The notes under the pieces were generated by a model. It made no database searches. It was not told where the DNA came from and worked only from the letters and a program-made list of their open reading frames with translations. A program made the position numbers and the translations under genes. 39,527 bases of DNA. It comes from a virus (Duplodnaviria > Caudoviricetes). The stretch lies in the IMG/VR virus record IMGVR_UViG_3300049205_000027, positions 1 to 39,527 of that record; one strand, 5' to 3'. Numbering within the stretch: position 1 is the stretch's first letter; each line of letters begins with the position of its first letter. Below are positions 1 through 9,551 of the stretch, one piece after another.

Positions 1-58
1 AGACCCGCCAGTCGACTACACACACGGACCTGCGTTCCACACGGGGGAGGTCGGCGCG

Positions 59-298
59 ATGAACGTCTCTGAGGCTGCCCGCGGCGGGAATGAGCTGGAC
101 CTGTTGATCGCGCTCCGTGACCGGATTGCGGATGCGATTGCTGAGCCGGATTGCCCTAAACGGGACCTGGCCTCCCTCTCTTTGCGCCTGGCGAACATCG
201 TGAAGGAGATCAAGGCGCTGGAGTCTGCGGAGGGTGCGGACGACATTGGGGAGGCTGTTAGTGTCCCCGACGCCGAGTTCGACTCCGCGGCTCTCTGA
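59..298 (+). CDS. Terminase small subunit (putative)
   Basis: 79 aa helical ORF with GGAGG RBS, directly upstream of and overlapping terL. Confidence 0.75.
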   Translation: MNVSEAARGGNELDLLIALRDRIADAIAEPDCPKRDLASLSLRLANIVKEIKALESAEGADDIGEAVSVPDAEFDSAAL

Positions 299-1700
299 GG
301 CTGCTCGTCACGTCGTTTTGCCGACGGGCATTGTTTCGACGGGTTGGCCGTCGGTGCGTGAGACGTGTGCGCGGGTGGGGATCACGTTTGATCCGTGGCA
401 GGACGGTGCGGGGACGGCGATTCTTGGGAAGCGCAAGGATCGTCTGTACGCGGCTGAGGCTGTGGTGTTGTCGATTCCGCGGCAGGTCGGCAAGACGTAT
501 TTGATTGGTGCGATCATCTTCGCGTTGTGTCTGGCTGAGCCGGGGACGTTGGTGCTGTGGACGGCGCACCGGTATCCGACGGCGAACGAAACGTTCCAGT
601 CGATGAAGACGATGGTGGAGCAGCCGAAGCTGCGGCCGCACATCGTGTCGGCGACGAACCCTGGTGGCAATGGTGTCATCAAGTTTCGAAATGGTTCGCG
701 GATTCTGTTTGGTGCTCGTGAGCGTGGTTTTGGTCGTGGGTTCCAGCGGGTCGCGATCATCGTGTTCGACGAGGGTCAGATCCTGACGCAGGCGGCGCTG
801 GACGACATGATCCCAGCGACGAACACGCACCCCAATCCATTGGTGTTCTTCATCGGCACCCCACCGAAGCCGACTGACCCGTCGGACGTGTTCTTGAACA
901 TGCGTCACGAGGCGCTGTCGGGCGAGTCTGGTGACTACCTGTACGTCGAGTTCAGTGCTGACGAGGACGCCGATCCTGGCGACCGTGAGCAGTGGGCGAA
1001 GGCGAACCCGTCGTTTCCGCATCGGACGCCGGCTCGGGCAATGCTTCGCATGAAGCGGCTGCTTGGGGCTGAGTCTTTTCTGCGGGAGGGGCTTGGGATT
1101 TGGGACCGCGTCGGCGGTCTGGGTGTGTTCACTGCGGGAGCGTGGGCTCGGTGTTTCATCGGGTTTCAGGCTGACGGTGAGACGCCGCTCGAGCCGGTGG
1201 GTGAACTGATGGCGCTCGGTGTCGCGGCCGATCTTGACCAGGTGTTCCTCTCTCTTGGCGCGGTGGGCGGGAATGACGGCAAGCACCATCTCGGGTCGGT
1301 GCTGCGGTCGCGTGCCGATGTGGAGCTCGAGGAGTTCGCGGCTGAGGTGAAGCGGTTGCAGGACGCCTATGACGTTCCGGTGGTGCTTGACGAGAAGGGT
1401 CCGGCGGCGTTCGCGGTGCCGGTGCTTGAGGCGGCGGGTGTGCGGCTGACCTTGATCAGTCTGAACGAGTTCATTCAGGCGTGCTCGGATCTGCGTGTTG
1501 CTGTTGAGCAGCGGACCGTGACGCATGGCGACTTCGACGACTTGAACGCCGCGGTCGATGCGGCCGGTTGGCGGAAGGTTGGCGAGCGGGGCCGCGCGTT
1601 TGCCCGGAAGTCGGGTGACATTTCCATGCTCGAGGCCGTCGCGATCGCACTACACGCTTCATCGAAGCCGACACGAGAGTTCTGGGGGGCGTTCGGGTGA
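261..1700 (+). CDS. terL: Terminase large subunit
   Basis: Walker A IPRQVGKT, Walker B IIVFDEGQ, GTPP coupling motif, C-terminal nuclease region; GTG 261 chosen for the GGAGG RBS upstream. Confidence 0.95.
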   Translation: MSPTPSSTPRLSEAARHVVLPTGIVSTGWPSVRETCARVGITFDPWQDGAGTAILGKRKDRLYAAEAVVLSIPRQVGKTYLIGAIIFALCLAEPGTLVLWTAHRYPTANETFQSMKTMVEQPKLRPHIVSATNPGGNGVIKFRNGSRILFGARERGFGRGFQRVAIIVFDEGQILTQAALDDMIPATNTHPNPLVFFIGTPPKPTDPSDVFLNMRHEALSGESGDYLYVEFSADEDADPGDREQWAKANPSFPHRTPARAMLRMKRLLGAESFLREGLGIWDRVGGLGVFTAGAWARCFIGFQADGETPLEPVGELMALGVAADLDQVFLSLGAVGGNDGKHHLGSVLRSRADVELEEFAAEVKRLQDAYDVPVVLDEKGPAAFAVPVLEAAGVRLTLISLNEFIQACSDLRVAVEQRTVTHGDFDDLNAAVDAAGWRKVGERGRAFARKSGDISMLEAVAIALHASSKPTREFWGAFG

Positions 1701-1870
1701 GGCGAGTCTGGTTGACCTACGCGTCTGGTGTCGCGGCCGGTTCGGCCGCCGGGTTCTTCTCGCCGCTTTGGTTCCTTGGCTTCATCCCTGTTGCTGTCGG
1801 CCTGGTGTGGGCCGCATATGACCTTGTGGAGGTTCCTGATGGCGAGTCTTCGTCAGCTCCGCAACGGTGA
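1697..1870 (+). CDS. Small membrane protein (57 aa, not in ORF track)
   Basis: MRRVWLTYASGVAAGSAAGFFSPLWFLGFIPVAVGLVWAAYDL...; GTGA overlap with terL stop; hydrophobic; fills the terL-portal gap. Confidence 0.6.
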   Translation: MRRVWLTYASGVAAGSAAGFFSPLWFLGFIPVAVGLVWAAYDLVEVPDGESSSAPQR

Positions 1871-3149
1871 TGTGACGCGGAACGGGTTTGATGATCTGCA
1901 GACGTGGATCAACATGGCTGGGGCGAACTTCCCGGTGCAGACGTCGGCGCTTCTTGGTTCTGATCCGCTTCCGGCTGGCGAGGACTTTGCGTCGATCTAT
2001 AAGACGAACGGCATCGTGTTCGCTTGCATGGCGATCCGTCAGCGCGTGTTTTCACAGATCACGTTCCGGTTCGCGTCCTTGAACAACGGCAAGGTTGGGA
2101 AGTTGTTCGGCGGCCCGGCGTTGGACATTCTGTCGACGCCGTGGGTGAACGGCACGACTGGTGACCTGGCGTCGCGGATGATCATTGACGCTGACTCGAA
2201 GGGCGCGTTCTTCGGTGTCCGCGAGGGCAACCAGATCTATCGGCGCGACCCGATGAAGACGTCGGTGGTGTTGTCGGGCAATCCGCTCGAGGAAGAGTTC
2301 GTCGACATCATGGGCTACGTCTACCGGCCCAAGGGTGCGCAGGGGCCGACGTTCACGTACACGCCGTCGCAGATGTGCCACTGGACTCCGGTGTTGGATC
2401 CGGATGCGTCGTACACGAAGGGCATGTCGTGGATCTCGCCGATTCTGCGTGAGATCCGTTCGGACAACTCGGCGACCGACCATAAGGCGCAGTTCTTCAC
2501 CAATGGTGCGACTCCGAACATGGTTGTGAAGTTCCCCGAGAACGTGATGAATCAGGACCAGTTCGACCGGTTCAAGGCGAAGATGGAAGCCGAGTATGCG
2601 GGCACTCGTGGTGCCGGGAAGACGCTGTATCTCGCGCCCGGTGCTGATGTGACCGTGGTCGGCAAGGACTTCAAGGAGATGGATTTCTCCGAGACTCAGG
2701 GCCGCGATGAGACTCGTATCGCGTCTGCGGCGGGGGTTCCTCCGGTGCTCGTTGGCCTGAAGGAGTCGCTGGCGGGTTCGTCGCTGAACCAGGGCAACTA
2801 TGCGGCGGCCCGTCGTTCGTTCGCTGACGGCACGATGAGTGACCTGTACCGGGGTGCTGCGGCGGCGTTGCAGACGATCGTTCCGGCGCCTCAGGACAAG
2901 GGCCCGTCGAAACTGTGGTTCGACATTTCGCAGGTGCCGTTCTTCCGTGAGGACCGTGGGGATGCGGCCACGATCCAGTCGACGCAGGCGACCACGATCA
3001 AGACCCTCATCGACGCCGGGTTTGAGCCGGAGTCGGTGATCGCTGCAGTGGAGGCAGAGGACCGCAGCCTCCTGAAGCACTCCGGCCTCTATTCCGTGCA
3101 GTTGCAGCCTGCCGGCGCGACCTTCCCCAATACAGGAGCGACCTCATGA
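1839..3149 (+). CDS. Portal protein (HK97-like)
   Basis: Synteny; FFTNGATP, GKTLYL and IASAAGVPPVLVG motifs typical of HK97-family portals; ATG 1839 has a GGAGG RBS. Confidence 0.93.
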   Translation: MASLRQLRNGDVTRNGFDDLQTWINMAGANFPVQTSALLGSDPLPAGEDFASIYKTNGIVFACMAIRQRVFSQITFRFASLNNGKVGKLFGGPALDILSTPWVNGTTGDLASRMIIDADSKGAFFGVREGNQIYRRDPMKTSVVLSGNPLEEEFVDIMGYVYRPKGAQGPTFTYTPSQMCHWTPVLDPDASYTKGMSWISPILREIRSDNSATDHKAQFFTNGATPNMVVKFPENVMNQDQFDRFKAKMEAEYAGTRGAGKTLYLAPGADVTVVGKDFKEMDFSETQGRDETRIASAAGVPPVLVGLKESLAGSSLNQGNYAAARRSFADGTMSDLYRGAAAALQTIVPAPQDKGPSKLWFDISQVPFFREDRGDAATIQSTQATTIKTLIDAGFEPESVIAAVEAEDRSLLKHSGLYSVQLQPAGATFPNTGATS

Positions 3150-3934
3150 CCGACGACAAGATGCTGTTCCGCAGTGTCGACTTCGAGCTGCGCGACGGTG
3201 GTAGCGAGTCTGACGGGCTGACGCTGGACGGATATGGCGCGGTGTTTGGTTCGCCGACGCGTATCGACTCGTGGGAGGGCACGTTCGACGAGGAGATCGC
3301 CCGCGGGGCGTTCAAGAAGTCGCTGCAGGAGCGGACTCCGGTGCTGCAGTTCGATCATGGTCGGCATCCGATGGTGGGTTCGATTCCGCTGGGTTCGTTC
3401 GAGTCGCTGCGTGAGGACGACAACGGCCTGCATGTGGTGGCCCGGTTGCATGACAACTGGCTTGTGCAGCCGGTGCGGGATGCGATCAAGTCGAAGGCTA
3501 TTCCTGGCATGTCGTTCCGGTTCTCGGTGGTCAAGGATGAGTGGCGCACGGCGGCCGGCAACCTCGTGAAGCCTGACGACGTTGAGCGGCTGCTGTGGGC
3601 GTCGGATTCGTCGAACCCCGACACGATCCTGAAGCGCACGCTCAAGGAGGTCCGCCTTTACGAGGTCGGCCCCGTCGTGTTTCCCGCGTACTCCGACACC
3701 ACTGTCGGGGTGCGTTCGCGTGAGTTGATCACGCTTCTCTCAGACCCCCAGGTGCGTGCCGAAGCGGCTGCGTTCCTGGCTGGCACTCCATCCGAGCCGA
3801 GTGAAGCCGAGGGGGCTTCCGGTGAGGGACGAGCCGCCGCCTCCGACGAGGAGCCGCAGGAGCACTCCCGTCACATCCCCTCCAAGGAGGCGCGCGACCG
3901 CGACCTCCGACTCAAGACAGATGGAGTCATCTAA
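3146..3934 (+). CDS. Prohead maturation protease (HK97 family)
   Basis: GYGAVFG, FEEI-like GAF motif, LQFDH, GMSFRF and LYEVGPVVFPAY motifs. Confidence 0.93.
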   Translation: MTDDKMLFRSVDFELRDGGSESDGLTLDGYGAVFGSPTRIDSWEGTFDEEIARGAFKKSLQERTPVLQFDHGRHPMVGSIPLGSFESLREDDNGLHVVARLHDNWLVQPVRDAIKSKAIPGMSFRFSVVKDEWRTAAGNLVKPDDVERLLWASDSSNPDTILKRTLKEVRLYEVGPVVFPAYSDTTVGVRSRELITLLSDPQVRAEAAAFLAGTPSEPSEAEGASGEGRAAASDEEPQEHSRHIPSKEARDRDLRLKTDGVI

Positions 3935-5322
3935 TGAACATCGACACTCTGCGGGGTGAGATCGAGGCGCTGGACGCCGAGATCCGTTCCCTGCACCAGA
4001 CCGAAGAGGGCGAGCTCCGCGAGTTCACCCCCGAGGAGCAGACCGCCTTCGACGAGAAGGTCGCCGCCCGCGCCTCCAAGATCGCGCTGCTCGAGCGCCA
4101 CGAGGCCATCGAGAAGGCCGCGAAGATGCCCGAGCGCACTGTCGCCCCCTCCGCGCCTGCCGTCCACGTGACGCGCGACGCGATGGAGGTTGTCGAGGAC
4201 CGCTCCTCGACGCCGAAGCAGATCGCCGACGCCGCGATGCGGGCGCTCGAGGACAAGGTCGAGGCGCCGGAGAATCTGGCGCACGTCCGCTCCGTCCTCA
4301 AGGCGCACTCGCGTGACCGCGACTGGGCGCGTGGCATCATCCTGCGTTCGACCGACGAGTACGCCTCGGCGTGGCTGAAGGTCATTCAGGGCCGCGAGTT
4401 CACCCTCACCAACGAGGAGCGCACCGTTCTGGGTGTGTCGACCAACGCGAACGGCAAGTTCCTCCTGCCGACGCACCTGGACCCGACCATCATTCTGACC
4501 TCGGCGCTGTCGACGAACGAGATCCGCAAGATCGCCCGCGTGGTGACCCTGTCGGATGGTCAGCCGGCGTGGAACGGCATCACCTCGGCCGGTGTCACGG
4601 CGAGCTGGGACGGCGAGGTCGTGGAGGTTTCCGACGACTCCCCGACGTTCGGCAACCCGTCGATCTCGACCACGCGCGCGCAGGCGCTCGTGCAGGCGTC
4701 GATCTCCGCGGTGGAGGACATCTCCGACCTCGGTACCGACGTCATGATGATGTTCGCCGACGCCAAGGACCGGCTCGAGGGTGCCGCCCACGCGACCGGT
4801 TCCGGTTCGGGTCAGCCGAAGGGCGTGTTCACCGCCGTGGCCGCCGTCACCGCGTCCCGCGTGGTTTCGACCACGGCCGCGACGATCGGTCTGGTGGACC
4901 TGAACTCGGTCTACACGGGCACCCCGAAGCGGTACCGCGGGGACTCCTCGAAGTGGGTCACCAACCCGGTGTACGCCGTCGCCATCAAGGCGCTCGGCAC
5001 TGCCGTGTCGGCGTCCTACTCCGGCGACCTGCGTGAGCCCACTGCCGGCCGGATCCTCGGCCGCGACGTGGTCGAGTCGGACGACGCTCCGACCACGCAG
5101 ACCACGACCGCGCTGGACGCCGAGGTTCTGTTCGGTGACTTCAGCCAGTACGTGATCGTCGACCGCCCCGGCGGCATGAGCGTGGAGTACATCCCCCACC
5201 TGTTCAACACCGCCACCAACCTGCCCGACGGTCGTCGGGCTTGGTACGCCACGTGGAGGAACGGTGCCGACGTGACCAACGTCGACGCCTTCCGCCTGCT
5301 CGTGGACAAGACGACCGCCTGA
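3934..5322 (+). CDS. Major capsid protein (HK97 fold with N-terminal delta/scaffold domain)
   Basis: Coiled-coil N-terminus, GSGSGQPKG, ILGRDVV, LFGDFSQY; strongly biased codon usage; follows the protease. Confidence 0.95.
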   Translation: MNIDTLRGEIEALDAEIRSLHQTEEGELREFTPEEQTAFDEKVAARASKIALLERHEAIEKAAKMPERTVAPSAPAVHVTRDAMEVVEDRSSTPKQIADAAMRALEDKVEAPENLAHVRSVLKAHSRDRDWARGIILRSTDEYASAWLKVIQGREFTLTNEERTVLGVSTNANGKFLLPTHLDPTIILTSALSTNEIRKIARVVTLSDGQPAWNGITSAGVTASWDGEVVEVSDDSPTFGNPSISTTRAQALVQASISAVEDISDLGTDVMMMFADAKDRLEGAAHATGSGSGQPKGVFTAVAAVTASRVVSTTAATIGLVDLNSVYTGTPKRYRGDSSKWVTNPVYAVAIKALGTAVSASYSGDLREPTAGRILGRDVVESDDAPTTQTTTALDAEVLFGDFSQYVIVDRPGGMSVEYIPHLFNTATNLPDGRRAWYATWRNGADVTNVDAFRLLVDKTTA

Positions 5323-5336
5323 CGGTCGCCTCAATC

Positions 5337-5377
5337 TGGCGCAGCCCCCGAGTCTCCCGTTCTCGGGGGCTGCGCCA
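5337..5377 (+). terminator. GC-rich hairpin after capsid gene (partial terminator or mRNA stabiliser)
   Basis: 16-bp perfect stem TGGCGCAGCCCCCGAG/CTCGGGGGCTGCGCCA; no U-tract. Confidence 0.65.
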
Positions 5378-5398
5378 TCCAACGGGAAAGGAAACACC

Positions 5399-5620
5399 AT
5401 GCCACACCCCACCGAGCCGGTTGCTGTCCGTCACCCGGAGACCGGCCAGTTCATCACCCTCAACCCCGCGATCGACTACGACCCCGCCGACATCCTTGTC
5501 CGGGCGTACCCGTGGGCGTTCGTCGCACGCGACACGAGCCCCGAGATCGTCGAGGCTGTCGCGATCGAGAAGGCGACCGCCGAGCCTGGTCAGAAGCGCA
5601 CCCGGTCGCGCGCGCGGTGA
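5399..5620 (+). CDS. Hypothetical protein (small post-capsid ORF)
   Basis: 73 aa, AAGGAA RBS, ends EKATAEPGQKR; GTGA overlap with next gene. Confidence 0.75.
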   Translation: MPHPTEPVAVRHPETGQFITLNPAIDYDPADILVRAYPWAFVARDTSPEIVEAVAIEKATAEPGQKRTRSRAR

Positions 5621-6198
5621 AGCTGCACCTCGGGTGTGGACGCACCCGCATGGATGGGTGGGTGAACGTCGACCACGCGAAGGTCGAGGGAGTCACTGAC
5701 ACCGTCGTTGATTTGGATGGCCCCGACCTGGCTACGCGCTTCGCTGCGGACAGTGTTGATGAGTCGCTGGGTGTGCATGTCATCGAGCATCTGGCTCGGC
5801 CGCTGGAGTTCATGACAGCCCTCTGGCGGGTCACGAAGCCGGGTGGAACCGTGACGTTCGAGACGCCCTACGGCAGTTCGGATGATGCGTGGGAAGACCC
5901 GACACACGTTCGGCCATATTTCATGAACTCGTGGGGCTACTTCTCTCAGCCGTTCTACTTTCGCGCGGACTACGGCTATGAGGCGGATTGGCGTGTCGCC
6001 GATCTGACGCTCGCTGTGGACGCCGATCGGGTCGGCCAGCACGCAGGGCAGCCGGGACTCATTCTCGAGATGGTGCAGCGTGAGCGGAATGTCGTGAAGT
6101 TCATGCGTGCCACCCTTGAGGCGATCAAGCCCGCGAGGCCGGCGAGCCAAGACCTGCAGGAACCGCTCTCGGTTTCGTTCGCGCTGGTGCGGTCATGA
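5617..6198 (+). CDS. Class I SAM-dependent methyltransferase
   Basis: KLHLGCG (motif I), GWVNVD, HVIEHL, LWRVTKPGG, DPTH; GTG start overlapping the upstream stop. Confidence 0.88.
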   Translation: MKLHLGCGRTRMDGWVNVDHAKVEGVTDTVVDLDGPDLATRFAADSVDESLGVHVIEHLARPLEFMTALWRVTKPGGTVTFETPYGSSDDAWEDPTHVRPYFMNSWGYFSQPFYFRADYGYEADWRVADLTLAVDADRVGQHAGQPGLILEMVQRERNVVKFMRATLEAIKPARPASQDLQEPLSVSFALVRS

Positions 6199-6932
6199 AG
6201 GCGGGAACGGTTGCGGTCGGGTTCCTCGACCCCGGCCACTGGTCGCACTGTTTCGGCCAGTCGTTGATCGACCTGTACCTCGGGGATGCGTTCGGGTCGA
6301 AGCGGATGGTCCCGCACGGCAAGCAGCTCCGCGATAACGCCCAAGCGGGCGGGATTGTCGCCGGCCGCAACGCCATCGCGAAGATGTTCCTCGACGACAC
6401 CGAGTGCGAGTGGCTGTTCATGGTCGATTCCGACATGGGCTTCGCCGCAGACACGGTCGACCGGTTGATCGCTTCCGCGGACCCCGTTGACCGGCCCGTA
6501 GTCGGCGGCCTGTGCTTCTCACTGCGCCGCGACACCCCTGGCGAGTTCTACGGCCAGAAGTACGTCGTGGTCCCCACCTGTTTCGAGTACGTCGACACCG
6601 ACACCGAGGTCGGGTTCCGGTCGATTCTGGACTATCCGCGCGACACGGTGTTCCCGGTTGGTGGCACTGGCGCGGCGTGCATGATCATCCACCGCAGCGC
6701 CCTCGAGAAGGTGCGGGCTCGCGGCGGCGACCGCTGGTATGACCAGATTACGCACCCGAACGGCACGACCACGTTTTCGGAGGATCTGTCGTTCTGCATC
6801 CGCCTCGCTGCCGCCGACATCCCGGTTCATGTGGACACGGGCGTGCGGACCACCCACGACAAGCACGGCGTGTTCCTCGACGAGGACGAGTTCGACCGGT
6901 GCCGCGCACTGCACGCCACCCCGGCGACCTAA
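6195..6932 (+). CDS. GT-A fold (family 2-like) glycosyltransferase
   Basis: GRN..AK.FL, WLFMVDSD (DxD), VVGGL, GTGAACMIIHRSALEK, SEDLSFC, VHVDTG..H. Confidence 0.88.
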   Translation: MKAGTVAVGFLDPGHWSHCFGQSLIDLYLGDAFGSKRMVPHGKQLRDNAQAGGIVAGRNAIAKMFLDDTECEWLFMVDSDMGFAADTVDRLIASADPVDRPVVGGLCFSLRRDTPGEFYGQKYVVVPTCFEYVDTDTEVGFRSILDYPRDTVFPVGGTGAACMIIHRSALEKVRARGGDRWYDQITHPNGTTTFSEDLSFCIRLAAADIPVHVDTGVRTTHDKHGVFLDEDEFDRCRALHATPAT

Positions 6933-6944
6933 GAGGAGGCTCGT

Positions 6945-7562
6945 ATGGCCGTCGAGAATGGCTACTGCACCACGGCGCAACTGCGGGAACACCTCGGCGA
7001 CGGCGCCAGCTCCCTGTCCGTGGCGCTGCTGGAGCGGGCCATCAATGCGTCGTCGCGGGCGATCGAAAAGCACTGCCGTAGGCGGTTCTGGCTTGACTCG
7101 TCGGTTGCGACTCGCACGTACATGGTGGACAACCGGTACAGCGCCTATGTGGACGACATCGGAACCCGTACTGGGCTTGTCGTGAAGGTCGGCACTGATG
7201 GCACCACGTTCCCGACGACGCTCACGAGTGGAACGGACTTCATCCTCGAGCCGCGCAATGCGGACCAGTTCGCGAGCGCCACGTTCGGTGCGTATGCGTT
7301 CTGGGAGATCCGCACCCTCGGCACCCGGTTCCTGTACCCGCACTGTCTGCGGCCGACGCTGCAGGTCACGGCACGGTTCGGCTGGTCGGCGATCCCGCCG
7401 GATGTTGAGGAAGCCTGCATCCTGAAGGCGGCGTCGCTGTTCAAGCGCAAGGACGCCCCGTTCGGTGTGGCTGGCTTCGGGGAGTTCGGTGCGGTGCGCA
7501 TCAGCCGAAACGACCCCGACGTGACTGCGCTGCTCGCCGACTACGTCCTGCCGGTCGCCTGA
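6945..7562 (+). CDS. Head-to-tail adaptor
   Basis: YCT..QLREHLG, ASSRAIEKHC.RRF, TARFGW..IP.DVEEAC; synteny. Confidence 0.85.
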   Translation: MAVENGYCTTAQLREHLGDGASSLSVALLERAINASSRAIEKHCRRRFWLDSSVATRTYMVDNRYSAYVDDIGTRTGLVVKVGTDGTTFPTTLTSGTDFILEPRNADQFASATFGAYAFWEIRTLGTRFLYPHCLRPTLQVTARFGWSAIPPDVEEACILKAASLFKRKDAPFGVAGFGEFGAVRISRNDPDVTALLADYVLPVA

Positions 7563-7987
7563 TGGCTTCCCTGACGCAGATCCGCACAGCACTCGAGTCG
7601 ACCATCTCCGCGGCCGTGTCTGGGATCCAGGGTTACGCCACGGTGCCGGAGGTGACGAATCTGCCGGCGTTCGTGGTTGTCCCGCGGTCGTCGGAGTTCG
7701 GCCGTGCGATGGGCCGTGGTTTGGACGGCTACACGTTCGACGTGATCGTGCTCGTGTCGCGCAGCGACGACCAGCTCGCACAGGCCGCGCTTGATCCGTT
7801 CGTGAACGGCTTCGGGTCGTCGTCGATCCGGCAGGCCGTCTGGAACACCCGCACCCTCGGCCTGACCGACGGTACCGAGGCGACCGTGACCGGCATGTCT
7901 GACTACGGCGCACCGTTCGATGTCGGCGACATCGACAACGTCGGCGCGCGCCTCACTGTCGAAGTTCTCACTTCAGGCACCGCCTGA
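7562..7987 (+). CDS. Tail terminator / neck completion protein (putative)
   Basis: 141 aa, follows the adaptor with TGATG coupling; alpha/beta pattern as in tail terminators. Confidence 0.6.
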   Translation: MASLTQIRTALESTISAAVSGIQGYATVPEVTNLPAFVVVPRSSEFGRAMGRGLDGYTFDVIVLVSRSDDQLAQAALDPFVNGFGSSSIRQAVWNTRTLGLTDGTEATVTGMSDYGAPFDVGDIDNVGARLTVEVLTSGTA

Positions 7988-8018
7988 GCCTCTCAACCCA
8001 TCCAACCTAGGAGGAACC

Positions 8019-8369
8019 GTGGCTGCACTCACAGCCTTTACACCCCTCGTCACGGGTGTCGCGAATGCGGGCGCCGCGGTGGCGGCCTCGGACACGATCG
8101 ACCAGGCGACGCTTGGGTCGCGTGGCGTGTTTCTGGAGATCATCAACGGCAACGCGTCTCCGGACACTGTGACGATCAAGGACTTCAGCGACACCGCCGC
8201 CGGCAACTCGTTGACGTCGGACCAGTACACGGTCTCGGTCACGAACGGCACGTCGAAGATCATCCACATCAAGCCGTCGCAGGTGGACCCGTCGACCGGT
8301 TTGGTGACGATCACGCACTCGGTGACGTCGACGGTGACCTACAAGATGTACTCGCTGGCGAGCGTCTGA
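8019..8369 (+). CDS. Putative virion structural protein (beta-rich, Thr/Ser-rich)
   Basis: GTG 8019 after AGGAGG; 116 aa; lies in the neck/tail module. Confidence 0.65.
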   Translation: MAALTAFTPLVTGVANAGAAVAASDTIDQATLGSRGVFLEIINGNASPDTVTIKDFSDTAAGNSLTSDQYTVSVTNGTSKIIHIKPSQVDPSTGLVTITHSVTSTVTYKMYSLASV

Positions 8370-8650
8370 TGAGCAACCTGTATCTGCCTGTTTCGGCGCG
8401 GGCGAAGGCGCTGCATGGCGAGAAGCCTTTCGAGGCCGACTTGTCTGCGGCAGAGGAAGCCGACCAGCTCGCGGGCGCACACCTTGAGATTGTGCCGCGC
8501 GCCTACAGGGTGCTGTCCAACAACTTCGCGGCCGGCAAGCAGGGCTCCACTGTGGAGCTTGCGTTGCAGGTCGAGAACGAAGCCGCGCTCGTCGAGGGCG
8601 GTCACATCGAGCGGGCTGAGTCCGCTACCTCCACCACGAAGAAGGGATAG
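8369..8650 (+). CDS. Hypothetical protein
   Basis: 93 aa, translationally coupled, phage-like codon usage. Confidence 0.7.
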   Translation: MSNLYLPVSARAKALHGEKPFEADLSAAEEADQLAGAHLEIVPRAYRVLSNNFAAGKQGSTVELALQVENEAALVEGGHIERAESATSTTKKG

Positions 8651-8655
8651 CCCCG

Positions 8656-9075
8656 ATGGCTATTTTTACGCTCACCGACGCGTACGTCGCGGTCAACGGG
8701 GTCGTCCTGTCCGACCACGCTAACCAGGTCACCGTCGAGGACACCCGTGACGCGGTCGACATCACTGCGTTCGGCGCGACCAGCAAGGCGGTCACGAAGG
8801 GTCTTGGTGACGCCAAGATCACGGTGAAGTTCTTCCAAGACTTCGCCGCGTCGAAGGTGCACGCGACTCTGCAGCCGCTGATCGGCTCGACGACTGGTGT
8901 CACGATCGAGGTGCGGGCAACCTCGTCCGCGCGGTCGTCGACCAACCCGGCGGCGCTGATGACCGGTCTGCTGATGAACTACAACATGCTCGACGGCAGC
9001 ATCGGCGAGGCGTCGGAGATCACGGCCGAGTTCGTGAACTCGAGCCAGACGGGTCTCACCTACCCGACTTCCTGA
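8656..9075 (+). CDS. Major tail (tube) protein
   Basis: 139 aa; VDITAFG, GLGDAKITVKF; upstream of chaperone and tape measure. Confidence 0.8.
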   Translation: MAIFTLTDAYVAVNGVVLSDHANQVTVEDTRDAVDITAFGATSKAVTKGLGDAKITVKFFQDFAASKVHATLQPLIGSTTGVTIEVRATSSARSSTNPAALMTGLLMNYNMLDGSIGEASEITAEFVNSSQTGLTYPTS

Positions 9076-9551
9076 TGGCTGGCGACATCGAAGTCGTTGG
9101 CTTGGAGAGCCTTGCTCGCCTGTCGCGTGCTATGCGCGAGGCGGGCGAGCAAGGCAAGGGCCTGAAGCGCGAACTGCGGTCGGGTCTGACTCGGGAAACG
9201 AAGCAGACGCGTGCCGACATGCGGAAGGCGATCGCGCCGGCACTCCCCCAGTCGGGCGGGTTGGCGGCGGATGTGCAGCGTTCGACGCGGTTCACGTCTT
9301 CGGTGTCACTCGGTGCGAATCCGAGTGTGCGGATCAAGGCGCGCAGCAAGCGGTCGATCCGTCGCATGAACCTTCGCGGCTCGTTCCGGCACCCCGTTTT
9401 CGGTCGGCGCGACACGTGGGTGACACAGATCGCTGGCCCGCCTGCGCCCGGCTTCCTCGACAAGCCGTTTCAGCAGTCCCGTCCCGCATTGCAGCGTGCA
9501 GTTCTGTCCGCGATTACTCGGGCTCGTGCCAACATCTATAGGAGCATCTGA
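9075..9551 (+). CDS. HK97 gp10-like neck/tail completion protein (putative)
   Basis: Very basic 158 aa protein; IEVVGL.., RHPVFG, C-terminal PGFL.KPF. Confidence 0.6.
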   Translation: MAGDIEVVGLESLARLSRAMREAGEQGKGLKRELRSGLTRETKQTRADMRKAIAPALPQSGGLAADVQRSTRFTSSVSLGANPSVRIKARSKRSIRRMNLRGSFRHPVFGRRDTWVTQIAGPPAPGFLDKPFQQSRPALQRAVLSAITRARANIYRSI

